Source of the DNA: Candidatus Komeilibacteria bacterium
Lineage (GTDB): Bacteria > Patescibacteriota > Patescibacteriia > UBA1558 > GWA2-36-10
Length of the DNA stretch: 43,300 nt
Assembly (NCBI GenBank): GCA_018656655.1
Contig: JABHYW010000007.1
Coordinates: 1-43,300, forward strand
Direction of reading: 5' to 3'
The translations under genes and the position numbers were made by a program. The notes beneath the pieces are model-generated. The model had not been told where the DNA came from, ran no database searches, and was given only the letters and a program-made list of their open reading frames with translations. Positions 26,137 to 34,862 of the stretch are shown here, piece after piece (position 1 is the first letter of the stretch; each line of letters starts with the position of its first letter).

Positions 26137-27300
26137 TTATATATTTTTAATATTTTTATAAGCTAAAATATAAGTTGCAGCATTCCAAGATTGTCTTGGC
26201 ATACCAGCTGGACGACCACTTTGACCATTAAACCACTCTCTAAATTGCCAATTTCCTCGTTTATTCAAATCTGCCAATCTAAGCAGCTCTGAGTGAGCTA
26301 TTTTCTCATCTGATATAGAGAGCAACATTACCCAAAAACCGCCTATAAAGGGCCATATAGCGCCATTATGGTACTGCTGAGGTCTATTTATAACATTATG
26401 CTTATTCATATAAGCCTTCCATAATTTATCGCTCTTTTTTATGGGATTTAAGACTGTTTTAATAGGCCATGGTTGATTGGCTTTTTTATCTCTAAAATAC
26501 TTAATAATCTGCTTGGCTTTTTTATCGTCAGCTAAGCCAACTAAACAGGCTAGGATATTTCCAAAAACATCAACTTCATATCCAGCGTAAGAATGATTTA
26601 CAAAACTAAGATAAGTTGGATTCTTTTTATCTGCTTTCACAAAAGATTTAAGAGTTTTTAAATGAGAATTTTCTTTAATTGCTTTAGCTGGTAACTTTAT
26701 ATTGTCATCCAAAATATAATTAAAATATTCTTTAGTCTTGTCTATATTTTTTAATTTATAAAGCTTCTTTACCCAATACCAAAGTGCATTACTATAAAGC
26801 ACAAATCCTGAACGAGGCATTAAATCTGCCCAATCACTAGTTTCATTTTGTTGTAATAAATAAATTTTGGGATGCTCCTGACACTCTAACCAATTAATAG
26901 CTAATTTAATTTTCTTAGCTAATTTTTTACTCAAATTTTCTCCTATATTCTGATCGTAAAATTTTATAGCGATCAACCACCACAGTGTAGAATCAATACA
27001 ACCTAAATAATAAAAATCTGTTTGCTTTTTTTCTGGTTTGACCCAAAAAGCAATCTGTCCATTATCAGCTTGGTACTTAGCTAAAGTTTCCAAACTATGA
27101 CGAGCTGACATTTTTAGACTTTTATCTCCACTAACTACCATACCCATGGCACAAATAGAAGCATCTCTACCAAAAATACTTAAATAATTTCTGGCTTCAG
27201 CTGTCTTAGTAGGAGCACTAGCCAAAACACCAAACTTATTAGAATTTTCTTTAAGTAATTTTATTGATTCCTGCAGGCACTCTTCTGTGTAATTTTTCAT
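26137..27300 (-). CDS. (alpha/alpha)6 six-hairpin glycosidase (amylo-1,6-glucosidase GDE_C / GH100-like)
   Basis: IFGRDASI, CIDSTLWWLIA and YHNGAIWPF resemble both GDE_C and GH100 signatures. I cannot discriminate between them by eye. Confidence 0.6.
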   Translation of the reverse strand: MKNYTEECLQESIKLLKENSNKFGVLASAPTKTAEARNYLSIFGRDASICAMGMVVSGDKSLKMSARHSLETLAKYQADNGQIAFWVKPEKKQTDFYYLGCIDSTLWWLIAIKFYDQNIGENLSKKLAKKIKLAINWLECQEHPKIYLLQQNETSDWADLMPRSGFVLYSNALWYWVKKLYKLKNIDKTKEYFNYILDDNIKLPAKAIKENSHLKTLKSFVKADKKNPTYLSFVNHSYAGYEVDVFGNILACLVGLADDKKAKQIIKYFRDKKANQPWPIKTVLNPIKKSDKLWKAYMNKHNVINRPQQYHNGAIWPFIGGFWVMLLSISDEKIAHSELLRLADLNKRGNWQFREWFNGQSGRPAGMPRQSWNAATYILAYKNIKNI

Positions 27301-27306
27301 AATCTT

Positions 27307-27315
27307 ATTATATCA
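27307..27315 (-). promoter_or_regulatory. extended -10 (TGATATAAT) 6 nt upstream of the ATG at 27300 (possible leaderless start)
   Basis: Minus strand tgatataat immediately after an internal terminator. Confidence 0.3.
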
Positions 27316-27318
27316 AAA

Positions 27319-27342
27319 AACACCCTGAATACAAAGGATGTT
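27319..27342 (-). terminator. internal terminator within the glucan cluster
   Basis: Minus strand aacatcc...gggtgtt stem (one G-U) followed by tttttt. Confidence 0.5.
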
Positions 27343-27349
27343 TTAATTA

Positions 27350-27949
27350 TTACTTGTTTACTCCGCCTGTGGTGGATTCTCTTAAAAAATCTAGTATCTT
27401 ATCTACCAAAGCTGGATTAGGTAACTTAGAGGAATTGATAATTAGATAATCCAATTTACTTTTTTTAATTAATTCCAAATATAATTTCTGTTGTTTAATA
27501 TAATCTGCTGGTGTCTGAGCTATTCTACTATAGTGAGGATAAAGTTCTAGCCTATCTTTAAGCCTTTTAGCTAGAAGCTCTTCATCTTCATCAAAAATAA
27601 GTAAAATTATTTTGGTGTTTATCTTGGCCAGTCTATCCTCTATCTCTGAAAAATTAAAATCTTTGTCGTTATATAATTTTTGATACACAGCCTCGGTCAA
27701 ATGAAACTTCTCCGCCATAACATTAGTATCATTTAGGGCTTCAAAAAGTTCTAGGTACTTCATTAAGGTAACCTCGCCAAATTTAGTACCAAAAATTCCT
27801 ACATCACAATTAAACCAATGACAACCATCCATTATCTTGCCACCGCTATTATATTTTGGTTCTAGATAATCATAAACCTGACTCATCAAATAACTCTTAC
27901 CAACTAATTCCGGCCCTTCAAACATTATATTGTGTTTTGGATTTTTCAT
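27350..27949 (-). CDS. P-loop kinase-like protein (NMP/dNK-fold), substrate unknown
   Basis: Walker A GPELVGKS near the N-terminus. The ~200 aa size and the basic KRLKDR LID-like segment also fit. Confidence 0.45.
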   Translation of the reverse strand: MKNPKHNIMFEGPELVGKSYLMSQVYDYLEPKYNSGGKIMDGCHWFNCDVGIFGTKFGEVTLMKYLELFEALNDTNVMAEKFHLTEAVYQKLYNDKDFNFSEIEDRLAKINTKIILLIFDEDEELLAKRLKDRLELYPHYSRIAQTPADYIKQQKLYLELIKKSKLDYLIINSSKLPNPALVDKILDFLRESTTGGVNK

Positions 27950-27953
27950 ATTA

Positions 27954-29021
27954 CTAATTTACATTAATGGATTTTTGGTTGTTTTTAGCTAGCTCTAAAT
28001 ACTGAATACTATCTTCTAAAAGATCATCTATAGGATTAGTTACATCTTTCATATAAAAAAGGAAAATAGCACTACGCATAGCTGTCCAAGATTGATAAAG
28101 GTTAATGCGATTAATATATTCAATGTCAATGTCTTTAAAATCTTTGGAAAAATAAGCCTCGACAAAATTTTGTTTATGTTTATCAATTTCCTTTCTAGAA
28201 ATAAAATTATGTCCCATAAAATCAAATTGCTGAATAAATGTACCTAAATCCATCATTGGGTCTCCCAAGGCAATATCCGTAAAATCAATCATCTCTAAAT
28301 CTGTAGCCTCTAAATTTTTCATGATAATATTTTCTGGATGAAAATCACCATAAATTAAAATGTCGCCAATTTTTTTTCTAAATTTTTTATCTTGCTCATC
28401 TAAACCTTTTACTAAATCATCAATACTCTTACCTAATTTTTGATCTTCTGCGTAAAAATCTTTAATAAATTTTTTAGGGGAAGGTACCATGTCCAAGATG
28501 TTAAATACTGGCCATTTATAATCTATAGCCTTAGTATCTATTTTGTGTAATTTGTTTATCCAGCCAGTAATCACTTTCATAGCACCCGTTAAGTCAACTG
28601 AAGTATCTTCAGTAAAAAATCCAAAAAAACTACTACCTGGTGAAGATACATAGAAAAAAGCTTTCTGCTTTGCTAAGAAAAACAAAGGCTTAACAACTCT
28701 ATATTGCCCATCTTTAAAACCATTTTCATAAAGAACTTTTGTTTTTTTGTAAGACCCCTGGCGTGAACCATCTGAATGAGCTGATACAAAAATATCTATA
28801 ACTTTAATTTTGCCTTCTAAATTAATGTATTTTATTTTATACTCTACAACAAAAACTGCACTTGTTATTCCTAAGTGATGTTTAAATGGTTTTAATTTAA
28901 GACTTTTTATAGCTTTAAAATCATTATAATATTTTGGTAGACGTTTATTCAAAATACTTATAGCAAAATCCTTTTCTACTAATTTGGAGATTCTTTGCCT
29001 GGTTTTTTCTGACAGCTTCAT
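27954..29021 (-). CDS. APH/ChoK-fold phosphotransferase (eukaryotic-like kinase fold)
   Basis: Catalytic loop YGDFHPENII and metal-binding IDFTD. Confidence 0.65.
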   Translation of the reverse strand: MKLSEKTRQRISKLVEKDFAISILNKRLPKYYNDFKAIKSLKLKPFKHHLGITSAVFVVEYKIKYINLEGKIKVIDIFVSAHSDGSRQGSYKKTKVLYENGFKDGQYRVVKPLFFLAKQKAFFYVSSPGSSFFGFFTEDTSVDLTGAMKVITGWINKLHKIDTKAIDYKWPVFNILDMVPSPKKFIKDFYAEDQKLGKSIDDLVKGLDEQDKKFRKKIGDILIYGDFHPENIIMKNLEATDLEMIDFTDIALGDPMMDLGTFIQQFDFMGHNFISRKEIDKHKQNFVEAYFSKDFKDIDIEYINRINLYQSWTAMRSAIFLFYMKDVTNPIDDLLEDSIQYLELAKNNQKSINVN

Positions 29022-29024
29022 AGT

Positions 29025-30179
29025 TTATTTTTTATTATACTTGTTCCAATGGCTAAGCCAAGTAGTCTTCTTAATGTCAATATAAATTTTTTCTGCTTTT
29101 ATTTTTTCTTTGTTGCTAGCGGCATCTAAAGACCGCACAGCTTTAATCAATTCCTCAGAACCATTATCTATCATATCTGGATTCCAAGTAAGTGGAGAAA
29201 AATCAGAAGGCTTTTTACCTGATGCCCACCAGAAAGTACAAGATGACATACCTCTGTCTAAATGATTTCTAGCCCAATGCCAATTTTTATCTTCTTTATA
29301 TTTATCTACTAATTTTGTGGCCAAGGCAACTAATTTCCAAAGTGATTTATGTATTTTATTTTTTGGATCATTCCATAAAGCAAAAGGAATTTTTTGACTT
29401 AACTCTGTCGGTAAACTTTCCCATGAAGCATCTCTAAGTGATATCTTTTTAGTCTGATCTAAAGAAGATAAATATTTTCCAACTGTTTGAAGTTCTACAT
29501 TCTTATTAGCTAATATTTTTTCTATGTGTCCTTGCCAATCTTCATGAAAATGACCATAAATTTCTCCATCGCTACCTGTTACAATAGTTTCACTTGGCGC
29601 ATTTTGTTTTAATTTTTTATAAATTACTTCTGCTGGATAAGCTTTAGATATAGCCCTGTTTCTAAAAACAACTTTTAGTTTTGTTTTTTTATTAATATAC
29701 AAAACATCTTCTTCTATATTATCTTTGTAGTTTATAGGGTCTAAAATAATCCATTCGAAGTTCATCTTTTTTACAATTTTCGCTACATCATCTGAGTAAG
29801 CCATTTCTGGCATATAAAACCCTTTAATTTTATCCAAATCAAAATACTGTGCTAAAGTCTCCTGATTAAGTTCAATCTGCCTCTTAATTTCTGATTTAGA
29901 AAGTAGTGGTAAAAGAGCGTGATATTTAGAACTTGAAGTTAATTCAATATGCCCTTTATTTACTAAAACTTGCAAACGTTTAAGTAAATCTGGACGATAA
30001 TTATCTAACTGCTCTACCAAATTACCTGTAATATTTAAACTAGCTCTAAAATTTGGATACTTTTCAAATAAGGTCATCAAGTACTCATAACTTTCTGAGG
30101 ATATTTGATCAATTACCCCCTTGTTTTGCCAAGGTGGTTGATAGATATGTAAAAAATTTACCCAAGTTATTTTATTCAT
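29025..30179 (-). CDS. GH57-family alpha-glucan-active enzyme
   Basis: N-terminal NFLHIYQPP (HQP-like), YMPEMAYS (nucleophile Glu region), GSDGEIYGHF. Confidence 0.65.
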   Translation of the reverse strand: MNKITWVNFLHIYQPPWQNKGVIDQISSESYEYLMTLFEKYPNFRASLNITGNLVEQLDNYRPDLLKRLQVLVNKGHIELTSSSKYHALLPLLSKSEIKRQIELNQETLAQYFDLDKIKGFYMPEMAYSDDVAKIVKKMNFEWIILDPINYKDNIEEDVLYINKKTKLKVVFRNRAISKAYPAEVIYKKLKQNAPSETIVTGSDGEIYGHFHEDWQGHIEKILANKNVELQTVGKYLSSLDQTKKISLRDASWESLPTELSQKIPFALWNDPKNKIHKSLWKLVALATKLVDKYKEDKNWHWARNHLDRGMSSCTFWWASGKKPSDFSPLTWNPDMIDNGSEELIKAVRSLDAASNKEKIKAEKIYIDIKKTTWLSHWNKYNKK

Positions 30180-30239
30180 CCCGTTAGAAATTAATATTAG
30201 TTTGTTATTTTCCTTATTTGTATAAAAGTGTTTAAATTT

Positions 30240-31754
30240 TTAATGGGATTTCCCATTTTTCTTTCGACTCTGCTCAAGACTTGCAGCTTTTTTATATTTT
30301 ATAGCTTTTTTATATAGTTGAATGTATTTTTTAGCGGGTAGCTCCCAAGAGAATGATGGCTTCATACCTCGACAAGCTAAATCTCGCCAAACTTTTTTAT
30401 ATTTGAATGTCTCTAAAGCTCTGGTGATAGCAATCAATAATTCCTTTTCATTATAATCTTTAAAAGTGAATCCAGTACCTTCATTGCCTGGTTCAAAATT
30501 AATTACCGTATCACTAAGTCCGCCTGTATTTCTAACAATCGGCACACAACCATAACGGAAGCTCTTCATCTGATTAATACCACATGGTTCATAATGTGAA
30601 GGAAGTAATAATAAATCGGCACCAGCGTAAACTTGTGTTTCATACTTTTGATTTTTTTCATGAGATGGTATTATGGCTAACTTTTCTGGATATTTCTTAG
30701 CTACTTTTTTAAGTTCTTTTATATAATTTTTGTCTCCGCTGCCTATGATAATAATTTGCAAATCAAAACGCATTAATTGATAGATAATTTTCAGTATCAA
30801 ATCAAAACCTTTTTGAAAAGCAATTCTAGAGGTACTACAAATAATCGGCACATCTTCATTGATTGGCAGTTTAAACAATTTTTGAATAAACTTTTTATTT
30901 ATTTTCTTTCTTTTAATTGTTTTATGATCATAATTTTTATAAATATTTGGATCATTCTTAGGATTAAATTCTTTATAGTCAATTCCATTGACCACTCCAA
31001 ATAATCTATTTTTTCGATTCTTTAAAACTCTATGTAAGTCTTGCCCAAAACTCTTATTCAAGATTTCTTCGGCATAAGTTTCTGACACTGTATTAATAAT
31101 ATCAGCCTCTAATATCCCTCGCTTAGCAAAATTTATATATTCTATGTCCGGATCATTAAATAAAGGTAGAGCTTTCTTTCCTTTGTCTTTTTTCTTTAGC
31201 GGCACTTCCCACCAAGCTTTACCCATTTGAAATACTAAATTATGAATAGTATAAACGGTAGCAGCCTTAGCTAAGGTTTGGCTTTTTTTGAAACGAGTTT
31301 TTTTCAAATATGGAATAAGTCCAGCATGCCAATCATGACAATGAATAATATCTGCTTTAAATTTTAAAAGTGATATTAATTTAAGAGCAGCTACATCAAA
31401 TAAATAAAAACGTGCATTCTCATGACTAGAACCATAAAGATTTTTACGACGTGAAAAATATTTATCATTACGAACAAAATAAACCTCTAAACCTGGCATC
31501 AATTTAGCTCTATAGTAGGCTACTTTAAATTCATTTTCTTTATCAATATGAAGACTAACGTCGCTATAAATTTTCTCTAATTTATGAAGATCTCTATTAA
31601 TAAATTTCTTATAGAAGGGTGTAATAATAATAACCTTATGCCCTAACCTAGTAAGAGATTTTGGTAAAGACCTGGCTACATCAGCTAAACCGCCTGTTTT
31701 AGAATAAGGGTCAACTTCTGAAGCAATTGATACTATTTTTATTTTCTTTGGCAT
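30240..31754 (-). CDS. glgA: glycogen/starch synthase (GT5), copy 2
   Basis: SEVDPYSKTGGLADV, HCHDWHAG, PSHYEPCGINQM, GGLSDTV. Confidence 0.9.
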   Translation of the reverse strand: MPKKIKIVSIASEVDPYSKTGGLADVARSLPKSLTRLGHKVIIITPFYKKFINRDLHKLEKIYSDVSLHIDKENEFKVAYYRAKLMPGLEVYFVRNDKYFSRRKNLYGSSHENARFYLFDVAALKLISLLKFKADIIHCHDWHAGLIPYLKKTRFKKSQTLAKAATVYTIHNLVFQMGKAWWEVPLKKKDKGKKALPLFNDPDIEYINFAKRGILEADIINTVSETYAEEILNKSFGQDLHRVLKNRKNRLFGVVNGIDYKEFNPKNDPNIYKNYDHKTIKRKKINKKFIQKLFKLPINEDVPIICSTSRIAFQKGFDLILKIIYQLMRFDLQIIIIGSGDKNYIKELKKVAKKYPEKLAIIPSHEKNQKYETQVYAGADLLLLPSHYEPCGINQMKSFRYGCVPIVRNTGGLSDTVINFEPGNEGTGFTFKDYNEKELLIAITRALETFKYKKVWRDLACRGMKPSFSWELPAKKYIQLYKKAIKYKKAASLEQSRKKNGKSH

Positions 31755-31757
31755 TTT

Positions 31758-32252
31758 TTAGACTAATTTTTTATTAAAAAATGAGGCAGTAATTGCAGTG
31801 GCTAAGGCATCAGCCGCATCATCTGGCTTAGGCACAGCCTTTAACTTTAATATGGTCTTCACCATAAGACCTACTTGCCTTTTATCAGCATGCCCATTTG
31901 CGCAGACTGCTTGTTTAATTTGCAAAGGAGTAAATTCTAAAAACTCTTTTTTATTTTTGATAATAGCTAAAAGAAGAACTCCTCTGGCTTGCCCAACATC
32001 TAAAGCTGTCTTTACATTTTTAGCAAAAAATAATTTTTCAACAGCTATAATATCTGGCTTATGCTTTTTAATTAATTTATCTACCTCCTTATATATAATT
32101 TCCAAACGCTCACTAAAGGGTATTTTCTTAGAAGTCTGAATACTGCCAGTATCAACAAATTTTATACCAGCACCATCTTTTAAAATAACACCCCAGCCAG
32201 TATCTGCAAAACCAGGATCAAGGCCTAAAATAATTTTACTTGATTTTGACAT
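31758..32252 (-). CDS. ruvC: crossover junction endodeoxyribonuclease RuvC
   Basis: ILGLDPGFADTGWGVI, AVEKLFF, DAADALA. Confidence 0.95.
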   Translation of the reverse strand: MSKSSKIILGLDPGFADTGWGVILKDGAGIKFVDTGSIQTSKKIPFSERLEIIYKEVDKLIKKHKPDIIAVEKLFFAKNVKTALDVGQARGVLLLAIIKNKKEFLEFTPLQIKQAVCANGHADKRQVGLMVKTILKLKAVPKPDDAADALATAITASFFNKKLV

Positions 32253-32959
32253 TAAATCTCGGCGTTAGTGTAAATATTATTAACATCGTCATCATCATCT
32301 AAATCATCCATTAATTTTAAAAGCTGCTCTTCTTTAGTTGGAGCTATTTTTTCTTTTGCTAAATAAATCATCTCTGAAGATTCAGCCTCAAAGCCAGCTT
32401 CCTGTAATTTATTTTTTACAGCCTCCAAATTATCTAAAACAGTAATAACTTTTATTCTGGCATCGCTAGTATCTATATCTTCTGCACCGGCTTCAATAAT
32501 CTTCATTTCCTCTTCATCACTCAAAGTTTCTTTATTCAAAGTAATTTGACCTTTAGTGGCAAACATCCACTGCACACTGCCATCACCGCCTAAATTACCA
32601 CCGTGCTTAGTTAAGATATGTTTAAGATTAGATACACTTCTATTTTTATTGTCAGTTAAAATCTCAACAATTAAAGCTACACCACCTGGTCCATAACCTT
32701 CATATAAATAACTTTCTATTCTAGCTCCATCATCATCGCCACTGCCTTTTTTAACAGCTCTCTCTATATTATCTTTGGGCATAGAAAGTGATCTAGCCTT
32801 ATCAATAGCCATTCTCAATTTAAAATTCATATCTGGATCAGCTCCATCTCTGGCTGCTACGGCTATATTTTTAGATAATTTAGTAAACAAATTGCTACGT
32901 TTAGCGTCCTTGCCTTCTTTAGCACGTTTGATTGTTGACCATTTACTGTGTCCACTCAT
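32252..32959 (-). CDS. yebC: YebC/PmpR family DNA-binding regulator / translation factor
   Basis: MSGHSKWSTIKRAKEGKDAKRSNLFTKLSK is the family N-terminus. Confidence 0.95.
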   Translation of the reverse strand: MSGHSKWSTIKRAKEGKDAKRSNLFTKLSKNIAVAARDGADPDMNFKLRMAIDKARSLSMPKDNIERAVKKGSGDDDGARIESYLYEGYGPGGVALIVEILTDNKNRSVSNLKHILTKHGGNLGGDGSVQWMFATKGQITLNKETLSDEEEMKIIEAGAEDIDTSDARIKVITVLDNLEAVKNKLQEAGFEAESSEMIYLAKEKIAPTKEEQLLKLMDDLDDDDDVNNIYTNAEI

Positions 32960-32985
32960 ACATCAGTTTTTAAAGTTGAAAATTA

Positions 32986-33000
32986 GAAAGTCAAAAGTTA
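32986..33000. repeat. inverted near-copy (14/15) of the 15-mer tandem repeat
   Basis: gaaagtcaaaagtta versus the reverse complement gaaagtccaaagtta of the 33126-33155 units. Confidence 0.6.
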
Positions 33001-33125
33001 TATATTTTAAGCTTAAAAATAACGTCAATATTAATATAACCTTTAAAATAATCTTACCAATTATACAACAAAAAATCAACGTGTAGAAACTAATAAAAGC
33101 TTTTATTTTAAATGCCCTTGTGGCA

Positions 33126-33155
33126 TAACTTTGGACTTTCTAACTTTGGACTTTC
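33126..33155. repeat. perfect tandem 15-mer x2 (taactttggactttc)
   Basis: Read directly. The second unit ends 8 nt upstream of a -35 box. Confidence 0.9.
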
Positions 33156-33163
33156 TTATCCAC

Positions 33164-33192
33164 TTGACTGATAGAACTTTAAATAATAAGAT
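33164..33192 (+). promoter_or_regulatory. sigma70-like promoter TTGACT-17-TAAGAT
   Basis: ttgact at 33164-33169; taagat at 33187-33192. Confidence 0.4.
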
Positions 33193-33215
33193 ACAGATAT
33201 TAATTATTCTTCTTA

Positions 33216-33248
33216 AATCTCCGCATCCGTGCCTGGCGGAGATTTTTT
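33216..33248 (+). terminator. GC-rich hairpin plus T-run in the leader of the 33294 gene
   Basis: aatctccgc / gcggagatt 9-bp stem, 11-nt loop, followed by tttttt. Confidence 0.6.
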
Positions 33249-33293
33249 GTTTAGATGCTTTATTATTAAGTCTATCTTTGATAAAATAAAGCT

Positions 33294-34862
33294 ATGTTAA
33301 AATCAAAAAAATGGAATTGGGAATATCTATGGCTGACTATTATAATGTCAATTTATTATGGCCATATACAATGGAATAATTTTATTGGCGATCCCGATGG
33401 TTTTTATCATGCTAAACTAGCTAAATGGCTAAGCGAAGGTAAATTGATAGAAAGTTTACCTTGGATGCAATTTTCTAGCCTACGAGATAACTTTACTGAT
33501 CATCATTTACTTTATCATTTACTATTAGCTCCATTTACATACTTCTTTGATCCTCTAATAGGTGTAAAAATAGCTACCGTGGTCTTTGCTGTTTTAATGG
33601 TCTTAGCTTTTTATTGGCTATTGAAAAAAATGTATATTCCTTGGGCATTTTATTTTTCTTTAGGGTTTTTATTACTTAATGGATTAAATTTTAGAATATC
33701 CCTAATTAAAGCCAATAGTTTATCTTTGCTTATAATCTGGTTTATTATATATGCTTTGTTTGAACAAAAAAAAGGCCTATCTTTAATACTAGGTTTTTTA
33801 TTTGTCTGGCTCTATGGCGGATGGCCTCTGGCTATATTAATATTGGGCGTATATCTATTAGCTCAGAAAATACACCAAAAAATTCATGTTAATAAATTAA
33901 AAATATTTTGGCATCAAACTCTACATTTATTCGCTCGTGATAAAAAGCCACGATCAAGTTTAAAAATATCTCTCTATCTTTTAATTGGTTTGGGGCTGGG
34001 TATTTTAATTAATCCCTACTGGCCACAAAATTTATACCTTTATTACCAACAATTTTTACAAATTGGTGTGGTAAATATGGGAAGTAAATTTACAGTTGGT
34101 AGCGAATGGTACGGGTCAAATATTATGCAAATAATATCTTCTGCTCCACATCTTTTTGTGGTTGCTTCTATTTGTTTTGTAGTTTTATTTTTTCAAATAA
34201 AAAAAGTCAGTCGTTTAAGCTGGTTTTCTTTTATGTTAGCTCTAATATTTTTAATTCTAACTGTAAAATCTAAAAGATATGTAGAATACTACATGCCCTT
34301 CACTCTGCTTTTTGTAGCTAGCGCTAGTAAGGACATTAAAAGTTTTATTAATTGGTCAAAATTAAAAAAACTTTGGCATAGTTTAACTACTCAAATCAAA
34401 ATATACTTAAGTTTAGCTATATTAGTTTTTCTAAGCTTAATTATGGCCGTTAGTTATGACCGTATATTAGACGTTAAGCTATCTGGTATGCATCCTTTAG
34501 ATAAATTCCAAGGTGCTACTGAATGGCTAGCTAATAATACAGAACCTGAGTCTGTAATATTCCATAGTGATTGGGATGAGTGGCCAATCCTCTTTTATCA
34601 TAATGACCAAAATTACTATATAATAGGCCTAGATCCAACTTTCATGGAAAACTATGATTCTACATTACATGAGCTTTACAGAGAAATAACTCGTGGTGAT
34701 ATCAGGTACAAAGTTAGTAAATATATCCGAGAAGATTTTAAGGCTAGCCATGTCTTTGTTGACAAAGATGGTCATGAAAATTTTATTCGTAACTTAGACA
34801 TTGATTCTGAAATACTTAAAGTCTATGAAGATCAAAAAACTATAGTTTATCAATTGAAATAA
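33294..34862 (+). CDS. large polytopic membrane protein, GT-C-like (putative glycosyltransferase)
   Basis: 522 aa, more than 10 TM segments. Early loop GDPDGFYHAKLA as in PMT_2/ArnT-like proteins; soluble C-terminal domain. Confidence 0.5.
   Translation: MLKSKKWNWEYLWLTIIMSIYYGHIQWNNFIGDPDGFYHAKLAKWLSEGKLIESLPWMQFSSLRDNFTDHHLLYHLLLAPFTYFFDPLIGVKIATVVFAVLMVLAFYWLLKKMYIPWAFYFSLGFLLLNGLNFRISLIKANSLSLLIIWFIIYALFEQKKGLSLILGFLFVWLYGGWPLAILILGVYLLAQKIHQKIHVNKLKIFWHQTLHLFARDKKPRSSLKISLYLLIGLGLGILINPYWPQNLYLYYQQFLQIGVVNMGSKFTVGSEWYGSNIMQIISSAPHLFVVASICFVVLFFQIKKVSRLSWFSFMLALIFLILTVKSKRYVEYYMPFTLLFVASASKDIKSFINWSKLKKLWHSLTTQIKIYLSLAILVFLSLIMAVSYDRILDVKLSGMHPLDKFQGATEWLANNTEPESVIFHSDWDEWPILFYHNDQNYYIIGLDPTFMENYDSTLHELYREITRGDIRYKVSKYIREDFKASHVFVDKDGHENFIRNLDIDSEILKVYEDQKTIVYQLK

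Noticed and set aside
30777-33086. ORFs 30777..31004(+), 31798..32139(+), 32775..33086(+)
   Set aside because: They are antisense shadows of glgA copy 2, ruvC and yebC.
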